NCBI RefSeq assembly: GCF_009914755.1
Contig: NC_060925.1
Reading direction: 5' to 3' (one strand)
Length of the DNA stretch: 64,000 nucleotides
Source of the DNA: the human T2T-CHM13v2.0 reference genome, Homo sapiens
The position numbers and the translations under genes were made by a program. Shown here one piece after another: positions 27,961 through 43,120 of this stretch (positions are counted from its first letter, which is position 1; the number at the start of each line of letters is the position of its first letter). A model generated the notes under the pieces. That model was not told the DNA's origin. It did not search any database and worked only from the letters and a program-made list of their open reading frames with translations.

Positions 27961-30064
27961 AAAATATTTAGCAAAAGTAAATTGTTTAAGTATGTACTTA
28001 TATATTTAAGTCCATACTTGTTCGGACTTGTATTGTACTTAATTGTACGTACTTGTTTGGTCTTATAGTTAATTGCATATACTTAAACGTATGTATTACA
28101 TACATGTCATACAAATGCACATGTACAAATATATGTATGTACATGCTTATTTATTTATTTATTTGAAGCCTGCATGGTGCTTGCAGTAATTTGGATTTTA
28201 AATGTATTTAGATAGGGCCTACATTCTCCCATTGTCAAAGGAGTATCTTACCACTTCTTGTTTAATTATACCTATCTGCATTATTTATTTTACCTGCCTG
28301 GCTTCTGTGTAAAAAATGTTACATACTTACTGAGTATTTACTATGTACTAAGTTATTATATGTGTAATAATACAGTTCATATTGCACATTTATTATTAAC
28401 AAAACCATATGATACATTCTCACAATTACACTTAGAGTTCTTAAAATGATGTACAAACAAAATAATAATAAATGTACCAATTTTTACACATTCCAACAAA
28501 AATAAAACTATTTTTATTAGTTTTAACTTTATTTAAGTTTAATTAGTTTTATTAGTTATAACTTCTGCCAAGAGAATTTCCTCATATTCATATTAGCATT
28601 TAAGATTATTCCACATTTATGTCTCTAAACTTAAACTTTATTCTATTAAAAACCACCACTGAATAATCTAGACTATTTTTTCCAGACAAAGAGGAAAGCG
28701 TGAGAAACTTTATTTACTAATAAGGTTGTTAATCCAATATTTGCTCTAGTATTTTATTGCATTTTTACATTTTTCTACTTGCCTAGACAATTTCTTTGGA
28801 CTTTAAAAAGCTTTTATCTCTCCTCTGCATGCACAGTAAATTTGATTTTAACAGACATCTCACACACAGAAATAATATTCAGGATATAGCCAAATAGGTC
28901 ATTTTGAAACCCAAAGTATTATTTTTGAATGCTAACATTATCTGTCAGACCAACAGATTAATATCAATCCATCACTTTTTAAAAATCCTTGAATACTTTC
29001 CATATCAATTACCTTGAAAAGCATACTGATGGAAATAGAAAGGATTTATGTACTATAAAAATGCAGCAAAACAGAAAATGATAAAGGAAGAGCAAAATCA
29101 CTTTCTCTTTTATTTTCATTTATATGAAATTACCTAATATAATTTGATTATAACGTTTTTTCATGTAGGTATTTGAAAATCATACACATCATAACCAGTA
29201 AAAATTAAAGTAAAATCCATGATGACTGAAAGGGAAAAATTTTGGCAATCACTTTTAAAATAAGATTCCTTTTAGCCCTGAAGTATTGCAAGTGTGTTAC
29301 TTTAATTATGATTTCCTTCTGACACTTAGTATAGTGCCTCAATATGTTAGGCATTTCTATAAATATTTTGTTGAATTAAAGAAAAATGAGAGAATTAATG
29401 AATTAATTATAAATGGGTGCACAAATGGATCTAGATAGTCCTAGATCTTACTACTACTCAAATTCACAGAAGCTAAAAGAAATGTAGGTGTAAACCAGAG
29501 CACTTCAGCTTTATCCAACACACTTGAAAAGACTGGATGAAAAATATTCGCCTGTAGAATATACAACCCTACAAGGTGTCCTTTACTCAACCAGAAATAG
29601 TAGTTTTGGATTGGAATGGAAATTGAAACTCATGAGACACCATAGACTTTATGCTGGACAGAGTTTACATAGTGTAAAGAAAGAATACAACTTCGCATAA
29701 TGGATATTCCATGATTGCCTGAATGTCCCATATTTGCTTCATATGTGGGATGCTTATTACCATGAGAGATGTGACTGAGAGAGCATGAACCAATTCATTT
29801 AGGAGAGTTATCATCTCTGGCTTGTATGCATTGGTAGCCAATTAGCCTTTTCAGTGGTATATAATTGTTTATATTCTCCAGCTCAACTGTATTAAAAAAT
29901 AAACTTTACTCATGGCTTGATAAATAATTTTGACTATCAAGTAAAAAAGGACTTATTTTGAAGATCTCGAAGGTTTCACTTTTAACCACAAAAATCAAGA
30001 TTTGGCTATTAATGGCCAATAACAATTAACACCAGATAATTCTTACTGTTCATTTTGCTTTTCT

Positions 30065-30487
30065 CATTTTTTAATTAATTGAGGAATAAATGACATATAC
30101 CGTGATACTTAAAGCATACATTTAATAGATTTTTACATAACCGCAATCATGATAATGAATGTATCCATCAACTTCCCCAAACATATTCTCTCTTCACAGT
30201 CGCATCCAGAGCTAACCAGTGAATTTATTTTTATCGCTATAGATGAGTATAAATTTTTAAAATTTATATTAAAAGAATTATAAAATATCTTTGATTTTCT
30301 TAGCTTATTTCACTTGGCATAATTATTTTTGAAATACATCCATGTTGTAAAATATATCCTTCTTTTCAAACTGCTTGGATATGAGACATTGTATTTTTTC
30401 ATTCACCTGTTGATGGATATGTGCGTTGTTTCCATTTTGAGGCTACTGCAAATGAATGAAGTTGCTGTGAACCTTTTCATGTAACTC

Positions 30488-30522
<35 letters not shown>

Positions 30523-30920
30523 CATTATTATTCAGGGTTCCGCTCTTGCTCAGGCTGGAATGCAGTGGAACAATCATGTCTCGCTGCATCCTCGAACTTC
30601 TGGGCTCAAGAAATCTGCCTACTTTAGCCTCCTGTGTAGTTGAGACCACAGGTGCATGCCACCATGCCCAGTTAATATATTTTTTTATTTTTTGTAGAGA
30701 CTGGGTCTCGCTATGTTGCCCTGGCTGGTCTCAAACTCCTGAACTCAAGAGATCCTTCTGCCTTAGCTTTCCAAACTTCTGGGATTACAGTTGTGAGCCA
30801 CTCATGGTGCCTGGGCTTATGTTTTTATTCCTCCTAGCTAACTACCTAACATAAATAATTTGGTGAAATATCTAGGAGAGGAATGGCAAGCTTATATGAT
30901 AGGCGCATGGTTAAATGTTG
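30065..30920 (-). mobile_element. Old L1M 3' fragment interrupted by an AluJ
   Basis: 'ttaattgaggaataaatgacata', 'cattcacctgttgatggatat', 'tctaggagaggaatggc'. Confidence 0.65.
30488..30816 (-). mobile_element. AluJ with (ATT)n tail
   Basis: AluJ-type 'tcgctgcatcctcgaacttctgggctcaag', 'gggtctcgctatgttgcc'. Confidence 0.92.
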
Positions 30921-30924
30921 TATT

Positions 30925-31050
30925 ATATTAATTCAATAAACAATCCTTGAATGGCTATGATGTGCCAGGCACTATTTTATGCATTGAGAATACAGCCAAG
31001 ACAATCACATTCTCCTGCTCTTATTTAACTTACACTGTAGAAGATCGTGT
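30925..31050 (-). mobile_element. L2 3' end remnant
   Basis: 'ttcaataaacaatccttgaatggctatgatgtgccaggcactatt'. Confidence 0.6.
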
Positions 31051-32479
31051 GTTACAACTATTTTTATACACAGTTTATTTATAAAATAAAGTTTAACTAT
31101 ATTCAATAATTCAGTATAAAGAAGAAAGAAGAGACAAAAAGGGAGAAAAAGGCATACACCTCATGGAAGATTAATCCCCAAAAAGTTGATAGAACACAGA
31201 CAGCTTAGTCTTTAATAATTTATTTATTTATTTCTAAGGTGTAGTAATACTCAAGCCATATCCAGTAAGAAGCTCTGAAAACTGGATACAACCTAAATTA
31301 TACATTCGAAATTCATGTATGTAATGATAATAAAAGAAATGAGTGGTTTAATTATATTCTAAATCTAAGGGAGAGAGAAAGTGAAGTATTTTGTAATTTA
31401 ACTCCTTCTTGGGCAAGTTGGAAATTACTATAAAGGTGTATTTTTAAATCTCGTTCTAATTAATTTTAGGGATGTTTATTTAAAATTCATATATGACACC
31501 ATTCCATAACACTACATGGATTTGTCCTATAATTATACCAAATTAAGATAGTGTGCATACATAATTGCCAAGAATTTTCAACCTCATAATACTCTGAAAA
31601 TTCAAAATCACAAATTAGGTATGTGATTTTTTTTAAATATGTGATTTTTAAAAATCAGAAATACAGAGTGTCTTGTAGCATAACCAACCAAGCCTTTATT
31701 TTTTATATTTATAGTAAAATCAGTTTTCCATTTCACAATTAATAAAATAACATATGCTTATTTAGCAAGTGTTTTAAAAATTGCTTCAACATTAGATGGT
31801 TACTCATAACATTTTAGAAAAATACACATTTATTAGTGTGAGAATTCTCTTTCTTGTGTTAGGCTAGTCTGTGTTCCTTCTCAGGATAAATATTAAACAA
31901 CAGAGTTAAAAGCCACTTCTAAATATAGCATGTATTAGCAGAAAAAAAAATAATTTTTGACAGAAAATTTTAAAGACTAATTTTGAAGGGATCTGAGAGA
32001 TGCTACTTAAAACTAAGACTGGTTTATTTCTACCCCTTTAAGAATCCATTTCTGACATTACCCTGTCTGTGTTACTCAATTTTCTACTGAAATACACCTT
32101 CACTAAACTACTAGAAAATGTCCACTTTATTTAATAAGGAATTTCATGGTAATGTACATAGTGTTCAAATGTTCCTAATCATCTATTTATATAGATTTCA
32201 CTTACTGCACAATGGCTTCAACTTAGGAAAGTTGGGAAGTTTACTGTTCTTTAACGTCTGCTTTTGCAGCTTAATCAAGAAATGCTTCTATCTGTACATT
32301 GTTATGAGGCAGTGGAAAGGATATCTTGAGAGCTACATTAAGCTCAAACTACCTCAGGACATTCTCCACATTTGCATAATGTTATTTGCTGTGTCACGTT
32401 ACCCAATCATATTCTACATTCAACACCTAAAGAATGGCATAAACATGCTAAACCAACTATACAAAACCAATATTAGCAT

Positions 32480-33715
32480 TTTATTATTTAATTTTATTTT
32501 TTACTTTTATTTTAGATTCAGAAGATACATGTTCAGGTTTGTTACATGGGTATACTGAGTGATGCTTAGGTTTGAGGTATGAATGATTTCATTACCCAAG
32601 TACTGAGCATAGTACCCAATAGTTAGTTTTTCAACATTTGCCTCTTACCCTTCCTCCCCTCTCTAGCAGTCACCAGTGTATGTTGTGGCCATATTTAGGT
32701 CCATGAGTACCCAATATTTAGCTCTCATTTATAAGTGAGAACATGCAGTATTTGGTTTTCTGTTCCTGTGTTAATTCACTTAGGATAATGGCCTCCAGGT
32801 GCATCCATGTTTCTGCAAAAGACCTAATTTCATACTTTTTCATGGTTGCACAGTATTTCATAGTGTATATGTACCACATGTTCTTTATCCAATCCACTGT
32901 TGATGGGCACTTACATTGATTCCATGTCTTTGCTATTGTGAATAGTGGTACGATTAACATGGGAGTGCATGTGCCTTTTTGGTAGAATGGTTTGTTTTCT
33001 TTTGGGTATATCCCCAGTAATGGGATACCTGGGTCAAATGGTAGTTCTGTATTAAGTTCTCTGAGAAATCTCCAAACTATCTTCCACAGTGGCTGAACTA
33101 GTTTACATTCCCAGCAACAGTGTATAAGTGTTACCTTTTCTCCACAGCTCACTAGCATCTTTTTCTTTTATTTTTATTTATTTATTTATTTATTTATTTA
33201 TTAAATTTTACTAATACCCATTCTGAATGGTGTGAGGTGGTATCTCACTGTGATTTGTGATTTGAATTTCTCTGATGATTAGGGATGCTGAGCATTTTTT
33301 CATATGCTTGTTGACCATGTGTATGTCTTCTTTTGAGAAATATCTGTTCATGACTTTTGTCCATTTCTAATGAGTTTATTTGTTTTTTCACTTCCTGTAT
33401 TGTTTAAATTCCTTGTAGATTCTGGATATTTGAGCTTTGTCAGATGCATACTTTATGAACAGTTTCCTTTGCTGTGCAGAAGCTCTTTAGTTTAATTGGA
33501 TTCTACTTGTCAATTTTTGTTTTTGCTGCAATTGCTTTTGAGGACTTAGTCATAAATTCTTTCCCAAGGCCAGTGTCCAGAATGGTGTTTCCCAGGTTTT
33601 CTTCTATGATTCTTATAGTTTGATGAATAACATTTAAATCTTTAAGACATCCTGGGGTTAATTTTTGTATATGGTGAATAGTTAGGGGTCCAGTTTTATT
33701 CTTCTACATATGGTT
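32480..33715 (-). mobile_element. 5'-truncated L1PA15/16-like element
   Basis: 3'UTR 'gtttgttacatgggtatactg...gagcatagtacccaatagttagtttttcaac'; ORF 32718-33158 is the ORF2p C-terminus (HCCWECKLVQPLWK...KYCMFSLI). Confidence 0.9.
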
Positions 33716-34930
33716 CACATACATTTTTTATTAGAAAATAAATTGAAATATCATCTGCAAAAGATTAAGGAGAGTTTGCTGGCTTTCCTTCATGACAAGT
33801 CAGCTGCAGAAACTCATATTTCCACAGGGTTTATTCATTCAAATAGCCTAGCTCTATGTATGTGTAAATATCCACTGTAAAAAATCTCAACAAACAATTA
33901 CTGATTTGCAAGATAGTCTAGTAACGCTCTGGGATGAATCATGAGTAAAGTGTTAATACACAGATTTTTATATCTAAATGTAAAGTTCACTAAAAGTTAT
34001 GTTAACAAAACAATGAATATACCATTAGCAACAGACTATTTTAGCTTGATTTTAGCACTGTTAAAGTTTAATGCTTTTTAAGTCAGCAATACTTGTATAG
34101 TTTTTAAAGTAAATATTTATAATATAACTAATTAGATGTACAATGTATTTTGCTAGACCAACATAAAAAGCAATAAAAAAACTGTTAATCTGCAGGAAAT
34201 AAAAAGCTTAAAAACTGAAGTAAATAAGGAAACCTCACAGAATAGGTACATACTTATTCAGATAATTTTGTCAGGTCAAATAAAATAAAAGCAGAAACAT
34301 TTTGAAAAATCCACTTATTTTAACCCTTAATTAAGAGTGCATAACTGGAATTTTTTATTTATGGATAAATGAAATAAAATGAGCATGAAAATTTAAAGTA
34401 ATAGAGTCCTTCAAGTACTGATATCCCACACAAAAAATCTAGCATCATATTTCTGCTATAAAAACTAAGCATAAATTTATATGTTTATATATTATTTATA
34501 TCATAAAGAGATGAACATAAATTATTAAATGAAATTAATTAAAATGAATTTTTCTGTAAATGTTCTCTTACTTTCTATTAGGTGGAATAATGACATATTT
34601 GATCATCATGACAGAAAATGTATGAATAGAATGATTTCTACCAATTTTAGAAATTCAACTATTAGATATGGGTAAAAGTTGGAGAATAAGTTGACAAAGT
34701 AAATTAACTAGATATTTGTGTAAAGGAAAATAGAATATGGTCAATTCATAACACAAAATAATTTAAAACATTGGTAATTCCAGAATTCAATCAGGCATGT
34801 AATTATCTAATTTTATGTAATTCCCTCCATATTATGTAAATAACATGGAGCCATAATATGGAGGAAAATCTATGTCTTTTAATTTCAGTATTTCAAGGGG
34901 ACCTCTAATACCCTTACTTATTAATTAAAC

Positions 34931-34932
34931 AT

Positions 34933-34977
<45 letters not shown>
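34931..34977. repeat. (CG)n(CA)n microsatellite
   Basis: 'atacgcgcgcgcacacacac...'. Confidence 0.95.
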
Positions 34978-34978
<1 letters not shown>

Positions 34979-35649
34979 GGGGGAAAATCAGGGCCTGACG
35001 ATCATACTACAGGAGAGGAAAATCTAGAATAATAAGAACATAGGAGGAAATACATTCTTTAGAGAGAAAATAGAATTACTGTACAAAAATGAGAGAATAG
35101 CTATTTTCTTATTCCTTTGATTACTGACAATTTCTTTATCTTGGACAGTCCAAAAAGTATTTTCACATAAAATGAGTAGCTCTTAGTTACTTTTAACATA
35201 AAAGATCTTAAGCAAAATAATTAATATCCTTTTAATTCAAATGTCTTGAATATTTTAACTTTTATTCTTTATTTCTGTTCCATTAACCGTGTCGTATCAG
35301 CAATTAGAACAGCAGTTAGTATGTAATATTAGCTTAAAGAGAGAATTGTTAATCTGTAACAATTTTCTATAATTAACGGAGTTAATTTGAAATAAACAAA
35401 TTGCTTTCCATTAAAAGATATTGGACATCAGCAGGAAAAATTATTCATGCAAGTGAAAAGTTAGGGAGAAAATGGGTACTTTTTTTTCTCCTGTTTCCTG
35501 AAGTATTGTCTGCAAGCAATTCTCCACTTAGATTTCTTCCAAGGCTTTTCTGTTCTGGCAACGATTTTACTGAATTAGCTGGATTACTGTGATAGAAAGA
35601 CTCTGTGTTTTCCCTTAGTTATTTCCATATTTTGATATTCATAGCTTTA

Positions 35650-36109
35650 TGTAATCGGCTTCTCTTGAATAGTGGGTGATGCTTGTGATTTGCTTCTTAC
35701 CAAACAATACAAAAAGGCGATGGAATGTTCCTTTTGACAATACAATAGGTAAGATTGTAACTTCTTGCTAGCCAATTCTGTTGATGCCCTTCCTTGCTGG
35801 TTTTCAAAAAGTAAGCTGCCACATATAGAGACCCTTGTTTCAAGGAGATGAAGGCCTCTGTCCACCCCAGTCGACTTCAGTTCGACAGAAACAGATTCCT
35901 GCCAACATCTTCATAAACTTAGAAGCACATCCTTTTTTGTATGAGTCTCAGATGACACAGCCCTTTTTGACCCCTTGGTTTGTGCCCTTATGAGTAAACT
36001 AAAGTAGTCACCATTTCTGATCCACAAAACTGTGAGTTACTAAACGTGTGCTATTTTTAGTTGCTAGTATTGTGTTAATATTGGTACCCAGTAATAGATA
36101 ATTAATGCA
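35650..36109 (+). mobile_element. MLT1-family (MaLR) LTR remnant
   Basis: 'cctgccaac...agaagcacatcc...gatccacaaaactgtgag...gtaatagataattaatgca' resembles the MLT1 3' end. Confidence 0.7.
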
Positions 36110-36759
36110 GTAATTACCTAGGTGTGTGAGATCAATCAAACTTCCATTTTTCATTGCCAATTTGCTTAGATCATTGATAAAGATTCAAATTTAAATCAGG
36201 GAATAATTAATTTTTGTAGTAAAATTATATGCCGCAGTCATGTTTTCCTAATCTTTCAGATTACAAGGCTCTCAATTGTGTTTAAACAAAAATAATGTTT
36301 AGACAATAGCAGAGACCTATCCAATTTGCTCTAAAAATCAGTCATAATTGATTTTTAATTTTGTACAAACAAAACAATAAGCCAACAGTTTTCTTCAATT
36401 TAAGTCTTTGAAAATATCAGGGGAATGAAAATAATTAGTGTTCTGTTATATTTTCACTTGAACGTCAATGCTTCCCATTTCCCTTCAAAGAAAATTATTA
36501 ATAAAGCAAGTTGAACCTCAAATGGCATTATCCCTTATGAAGGAAAATAAAAGTTTTAGGAGAATGACATACTGGCAAGTTTGTTTTTAAAATAATTATG
36601 TGTGTATGTACAAACATATAAATGTATATATGTGTATATATATATGAAAATAAATATTACATATCAAACACAAATCTCAAGCATATATAGGACAAAACTA
36701 GCATACTTTGTATTATGCTTTTTATTATAAGCCTGCCTTTGCCTTAGGAAAATATTAGA

Positions 36760-36927
36760 GATACAGCATATATATATATATATATGCTGTATCCATATAT
36801 ATATATGCTGTATCTATATATATGCTGTATCTATATATATATATATGCTGTATATATCAGGTATATATATACCTGATATATATAAACATTTATATATGTA
36901 TAAACATTTATTTATATATGTATAAAC
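36760..36927. repeat. TA-rich minisatellite with two perfect palindromes
   Basis: Repeated '(TA)nTGCTGTATC' units; palindromes at 36760-36793 and 36851-36882. Confidence 0.9.
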
Positions 36928-39223
36928 AAAATTCAAAATCGTTTGAATTTTCTGTATTATTGATTGATACCGCTATCTTACAAATATAATATGTTTCTCA
37001 TAGAACTATGTTGGATTCTTCTGTGTGTGTGTGGGTGGCATTTTCTCATTTACTCTTTCAGATAAAATCTAAATTAGACTAATGGCAGCAAAGCTGAGAA
37101 CTAAATTTCATAAGCAAAGGAGAGCTTCTTTATCAGAGTCAAAATATTGAGCAAGCAAATTACAATTACCTTAATAATGGATGAATGGAAAATATTAGCA
37201 AGAGTAGTGTGGGTGATGGATTAAAAGATAGCTGAAATAGGCACACATGGAAAGCCAGTGTGAGAAAACATTACACTGGTATCATCTGCTTAGAAATATT
37301 CAGATATTTAGCAACTCTCAACTTCATTTTTTAATATTTTCTCCTCAGTGTAAACAACATTTATACATTCCTGAAAGAGCATAAAAGTGAACATTGAAAA
37401 GTTTTTTTTTCTAAAAATTCTTATCTAAAGTAGAGTAAGGTATGATTATTATAAAAAATATGCCTTTCATTACTATAAATACTATTTATATGGAGTCAAG
37501 TGCCAGTAGTTTCTCATGAGACACTAGATTTTTAAACTTTTTTTAAACATTTTATTGCAACTTCCACAATGTGTGAGAAAAGTGAATAGAAATATTTTTA
37601 TTTATGATTTTAATTTTTTTCACAGCTATCGTAAAGTTTTCATATTATATTTCATGAAGTTGCAAAATTAAGCATATTGTAAGTTTAGGTATTGACAAGA
37701 TAATCAATAGCGTCTTTGCCCTATTTACTATTGATGAATCATACATATGAGTTTTTAAAATATTTTAGGTAAATATGTTACAAGGTTTTGTGTCTTTATT
37801 ATTGATTAATAAGATATGAGAAAATTACACTGCATATTACTTAGTTTCTTGTGGTTTAGTTAAAAATTTTAAAGTAGAATTATTCTAAAAACTCTAATCT
37901 GGTTTCACATGGCAAAAGCAAAATAATAATTTCAATAATTTTATGAAGTATATTATAACCCTATATTCACAGAAACAAATACATTAGATAGGTGTTAGGT
38001 TACAGCAATAACAATCAATTGTTGCTAAAATAGTAACTTTAATATATTTTACAATAATTTTTTATTGCTTTAATAGACTAATACCAACAGAAGCAATCCT
38101 ATTTTATATGACAAAACTGGGAAAAAATGAAATTATTTATTAAACAAATTAGGCAACCTTTATAATTTAATTTAAATATTTTAGTGAGAAACTTTCATGT
38201 TCTCAATTCAGAAATATTGATTTTGACAAATGCTTTTACAAAATTATATCATTTGACTTAATTTTCTCTTGAAAAAATACATTGCTTTCAGTACAAAAAC
38301 AGAAAATTTGTTTTGCAATAGTTGGCCCACAGTGACTTTTCTGTGCTGAATAATGACCTAAATCTAATTTCTAAGAGAGTTGTTAAAATTTAGTATGAGT
38401 ATAGATTATAGATGTAAAAAATTACAGATTTACATCCAGCTGGATTCTTCCTTCTTTTATGATCATGAGTAGACATATATTCTCCCTATATGGAAATTAA
38501 ATTAGAGATCTAAGGGTTAGATAATAGATATTAAGTGTTTAATATAATATCTGATTAATAGTAGATGCAAATGTTAGTTATTATAAGTATAATGACCTAA
38601 TTAGTTCATAGAATACATTAATTACACCAATGTATATTTAGTATACAGGCAATACAGTGTGAATACAAAACTAAGTAATACATACTCATTTCTTTCGGTC
38701 TTGAAGTTTACCTTCTGGGTTGCAAAGATATAAACAAACAAAAAATCAACAACATGGTAATATTTTATCTATTACAGGGGCTGAGAAAAGCATTTAAACA
38801 TTAAACAATGTGTTCGGCTTAAATGATAATGACTAGTTCAGTAGCGTGTTGTGGAGAATCAGATTGGGAGGTCAGATATTCCATGTGAGGTTTATGAAAT
38901 TTAGGAATAATGATGCCAAAATACCAGCTGTATAAAGATTGAAAACAGAATGTTCAAAATGTTAAAATAGAAACAAAATTTTAAATCTGAGAAATAGCGA
39001 TGTAGTTGTTTTGCACTTGAAGGCAATCAGTACAATGCAAGTTCAAGAATTATAGGGAATCTTATGGGTGACAAAATTACATTTAAAAATAATTTTAACC
39101 AGAAGAGAAATAACTTGTGTTTTTAAACTGCAACATGAGCCAAAGTTAGAAATGTACTGGATAGTCAACAGAGAAACTTCATAAAATAGTGAATAAAAAT
39201 AATATATACTTGGATTTTGTTTT

Positions 39224-40080
<857 letters not shown>

Positions 40081-40229
40081 AGTAATAGACCTCAATCAAT
40101 GACCTGGAAGATGAGTCAATAGAAACTTCTCATACTGAAATGCAATAAATAAATAAAGAGAACATGAAAAAAGCAAAACATCCAAAACTTGTGTGACATT
40201 TGAAAGTCATAACACATGTGTACTAGATA

Positions 40230-41470
40230 GTAGGTTGGTGCAAATGTAATTGTGGTTTTTGTATTTTTGAAATTTGACCATTGATATTGAAATACATTCT
40301 TAAATAAATGTGGTTATGTTATACATCATGTTAATGGGCATTTTTTACCTCATTTTATATTTTGCTAATTATTATTTGCTGTTCGTTTTATGTTTATTTT
40401 AGACTACGGAAATAATGTTAGACAAAAAAAAAATTGAGTGATTTTCTTATTCAAGTTCAAAATGGGTCATAAAGCAGCAGGGACAACTTGCAACATCAAC
40501 AATGCATTTGGCTCAGGAACTGCTAATGAACGTATGGTACAGTGTTGGGTCAAGAAATTTTGCAAAGCAGACGAGAGCCTTGAAGATGAGGAATATAGTG
40601 GGCAGCTATCAAAAGTTGACAATAACCAGTTGAGAGCAATTATCCAAGCTGATCCTCTTACAACTACACAAGAAGTTGCCAAAAACTCAACATCAACCAT
40701 TCTACAGTTGTTGACATTTGAAGCAAATTGGAAAAGCAAAAAAGCTTGATAAGTGGGTTCTTCATGACCTGAGTAAAAATCAAAAAAATCATCTTATTCT
40801 ATGCAATGACAACAAACCATTTCTTAATTGGATTGTGACATGAGACAAAAGGTGGATTTTAAGCAACAAACGGTGATGACCAGCTCAGTGGTTGACAGAG
40901 AAGAAGCTCCAAAACACTTCCCAAAACCAAACTTGCACCAAGAAAAGATCAAGGACACTGTTTGGTGGTCTGCAGCCAGTCTGAGCCACTACAGCTTTCT
41001 GAATCCCAGTGAAACCATTACATCTGAGAAGTATGCTCAGTAAATCAATGAGATGCCTTGAAATCTGCAACGCTTGCAGCTGGCATTGGTCAGCAGAAAG
41101 GGCCCTCCACAAAATTTCTTGGCACAACCAATCCTTCTAAAGTTGAACGAATTGGGCTCCAAAGTTTTGCCTTATCTGCCATATTAACCTGAACTCTCAC
41201 CAACCAACTACCACTTCTTCAAGCATCTTGGCAACTTTTTGCAAGAAAAATGCTTCCACAACTAGCAGGATGCAGAAAATCCTTTCCAAGAATTAAATCC
41301 CGAAGCACAGATTTTTACACTACAAGAATAAACAAACTTATTTCTCATTGGCAAAAAAAATGTTGATTGTAATGGTTCCTATTTTGATTAATAAAGATGT
41401 GTTTGAGCCTTGTTATAATGACTTAAAATTCACTTTCCAAAACCGCAATTCTTTATGCACCAAAATTTAA
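40230..41470 (+). mobile_element. Near full-length Hsmar1 mariner DNA transposon
   Basis: Left TIR (g)TAGGTTGGTGCAAATGTAATTGTGGTTTT; right TIR AAAACCGCAATTCTTTATGCACCAA; flanking TA dinucleotides; internal transposase homology. Confidence 0.95.
40406..41391 (+). pseudogene. Hsmar1 transposase pseudogene
   Basis: IFLFKFKMGHKAAGTTCNINNAFGSGTANER, DREEAPKHFPKPNLHQ, ETITSEKYAQ, ends GSYFD*; start codon ATG->ACG, several stops, frameshifts and small deletions. Confidence 0.93.
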
Positions 41471-41912
41471 TATATCAGAAAGAAAAAACAAAAACAGCAT
41501 TAGAAAAAAATAGTAGTAATAATGACTAAATTCATGATTGACACCAAGCTACAGATTCTGAAAATTCAATGAGCATCATTATTAATTTAAAAACAGAAAA
41601 AAGCAAATATATGTATACTAAATATATATGTGTATACTAAATATACCATTATCGAGAAAAAAAGCAAGCAAACAAATAAGCAAACAACACTAACATATTA
41701 TATCCAAATGCAAAGGCAAAGAAGAAAAAATTTTAAAACCAAAGGGGAAGGAAATCACTCTACATATATAATTACGGTATACTTTTCCTTAGAAACCATA
41801 AAAGCAGGAAAAGATAAAGTGACATATTAATATGTTAAAAGAAAAAAATTCATCGGCCTATAATTCTCTATTCGTTAAAATTATCTTTTAAAAGTGAGTT
41901 AAGAAACAAACA

Positions 41913-42354
<442 letters not shown>

Positions 42355-42834
42355 CTAGACAATTGGAGAAAGGCAATATGATGATAATTATTTTTCTTTT
42401 TCTGTATTGATCTGAATGATAACTAGTCGTGTTAAGAAGTAAGAGTATATTGGGTGATTATAGCATATGGATAAGTGAAAGGATTGATGCAATGTCACAA
42501 GAGATGGGACGAGAAACTGGGGTTATTCTGTATGTGTACTACAAATGAAGTGCTATAAAGTTATTTGAAAGTGAGTTTAGATTATTTAAGAGTATTTTCT
42601 AAACTCTTCAACAACCACTAAAATTTTTTAAATAAGTATAAATAATCTAGTAGGAAGAAGAAAAAATATAATCCCATAAAACGTTCAGTTAAAACCAAAG
42701 AAGGCAGAAAAAAGAGGAGGAAAACAAAGAATCAATATAACAGATAGTTAATAAAGATTAAAGACAGTAATAAAAATATTTCAGTAATCACTTAAATGTG
42801 AATCATCTAAATGCAACAACTAAAATAGAGAGGT

Positions 42835-43120
42835 TGGCTAGGTTCACCTGTAATCCCACCGCTTTGAGAGACAAAAGCAGGAGGATTGCTTGAGGCCATG
42901 AGTTCAAGACCAGCCTGGGCAACATAGCAAGGCCCCTTCTCCACAAAAAGTAAAAACTTAGCTGGGTGTGGTGGCACACATCTGTACTCCCAGCTACTTG
43001 GGAGGCTGAGACACGAGGATTGCTTGAGCAAGGATCCAGTGAGCCATGACCACACCACTGTACTCTATCCTGGGTAACAGAGCAAGACTCTGTCTGAAAA
43101 AAAAAAAGAAAAGAAAAAAA
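42835..43120 (+). mobile_element. AluJ with internal deletions
   Basis: 'ggaggattgcttgaggccatgagttcaagaccagcctgggcaacatagcaag'. Confidence 0.9.

Noticed and set aside
27983-28089. Short inverted ends (GTTTAAGTAT...ATACTTAAAC) suggesting a MITE
   Set aside because: Only ~10-12 bp in very AT-rich low-complexity sequence; no recognised family or TSD
32718-33158. 146-aa ORF with a Cys/His motif
   Set aside because: C-terminus of L1 ORF2p in a 5'-truncated copy, with no promoter or genuine start
40438-41043. Possible SETMAR gene or retrocopy
   Set aside because: No SET-domain sequence, both TIRs and TA target sites are present, and the frame is disrupted: a standalone Hsmar1 fossil
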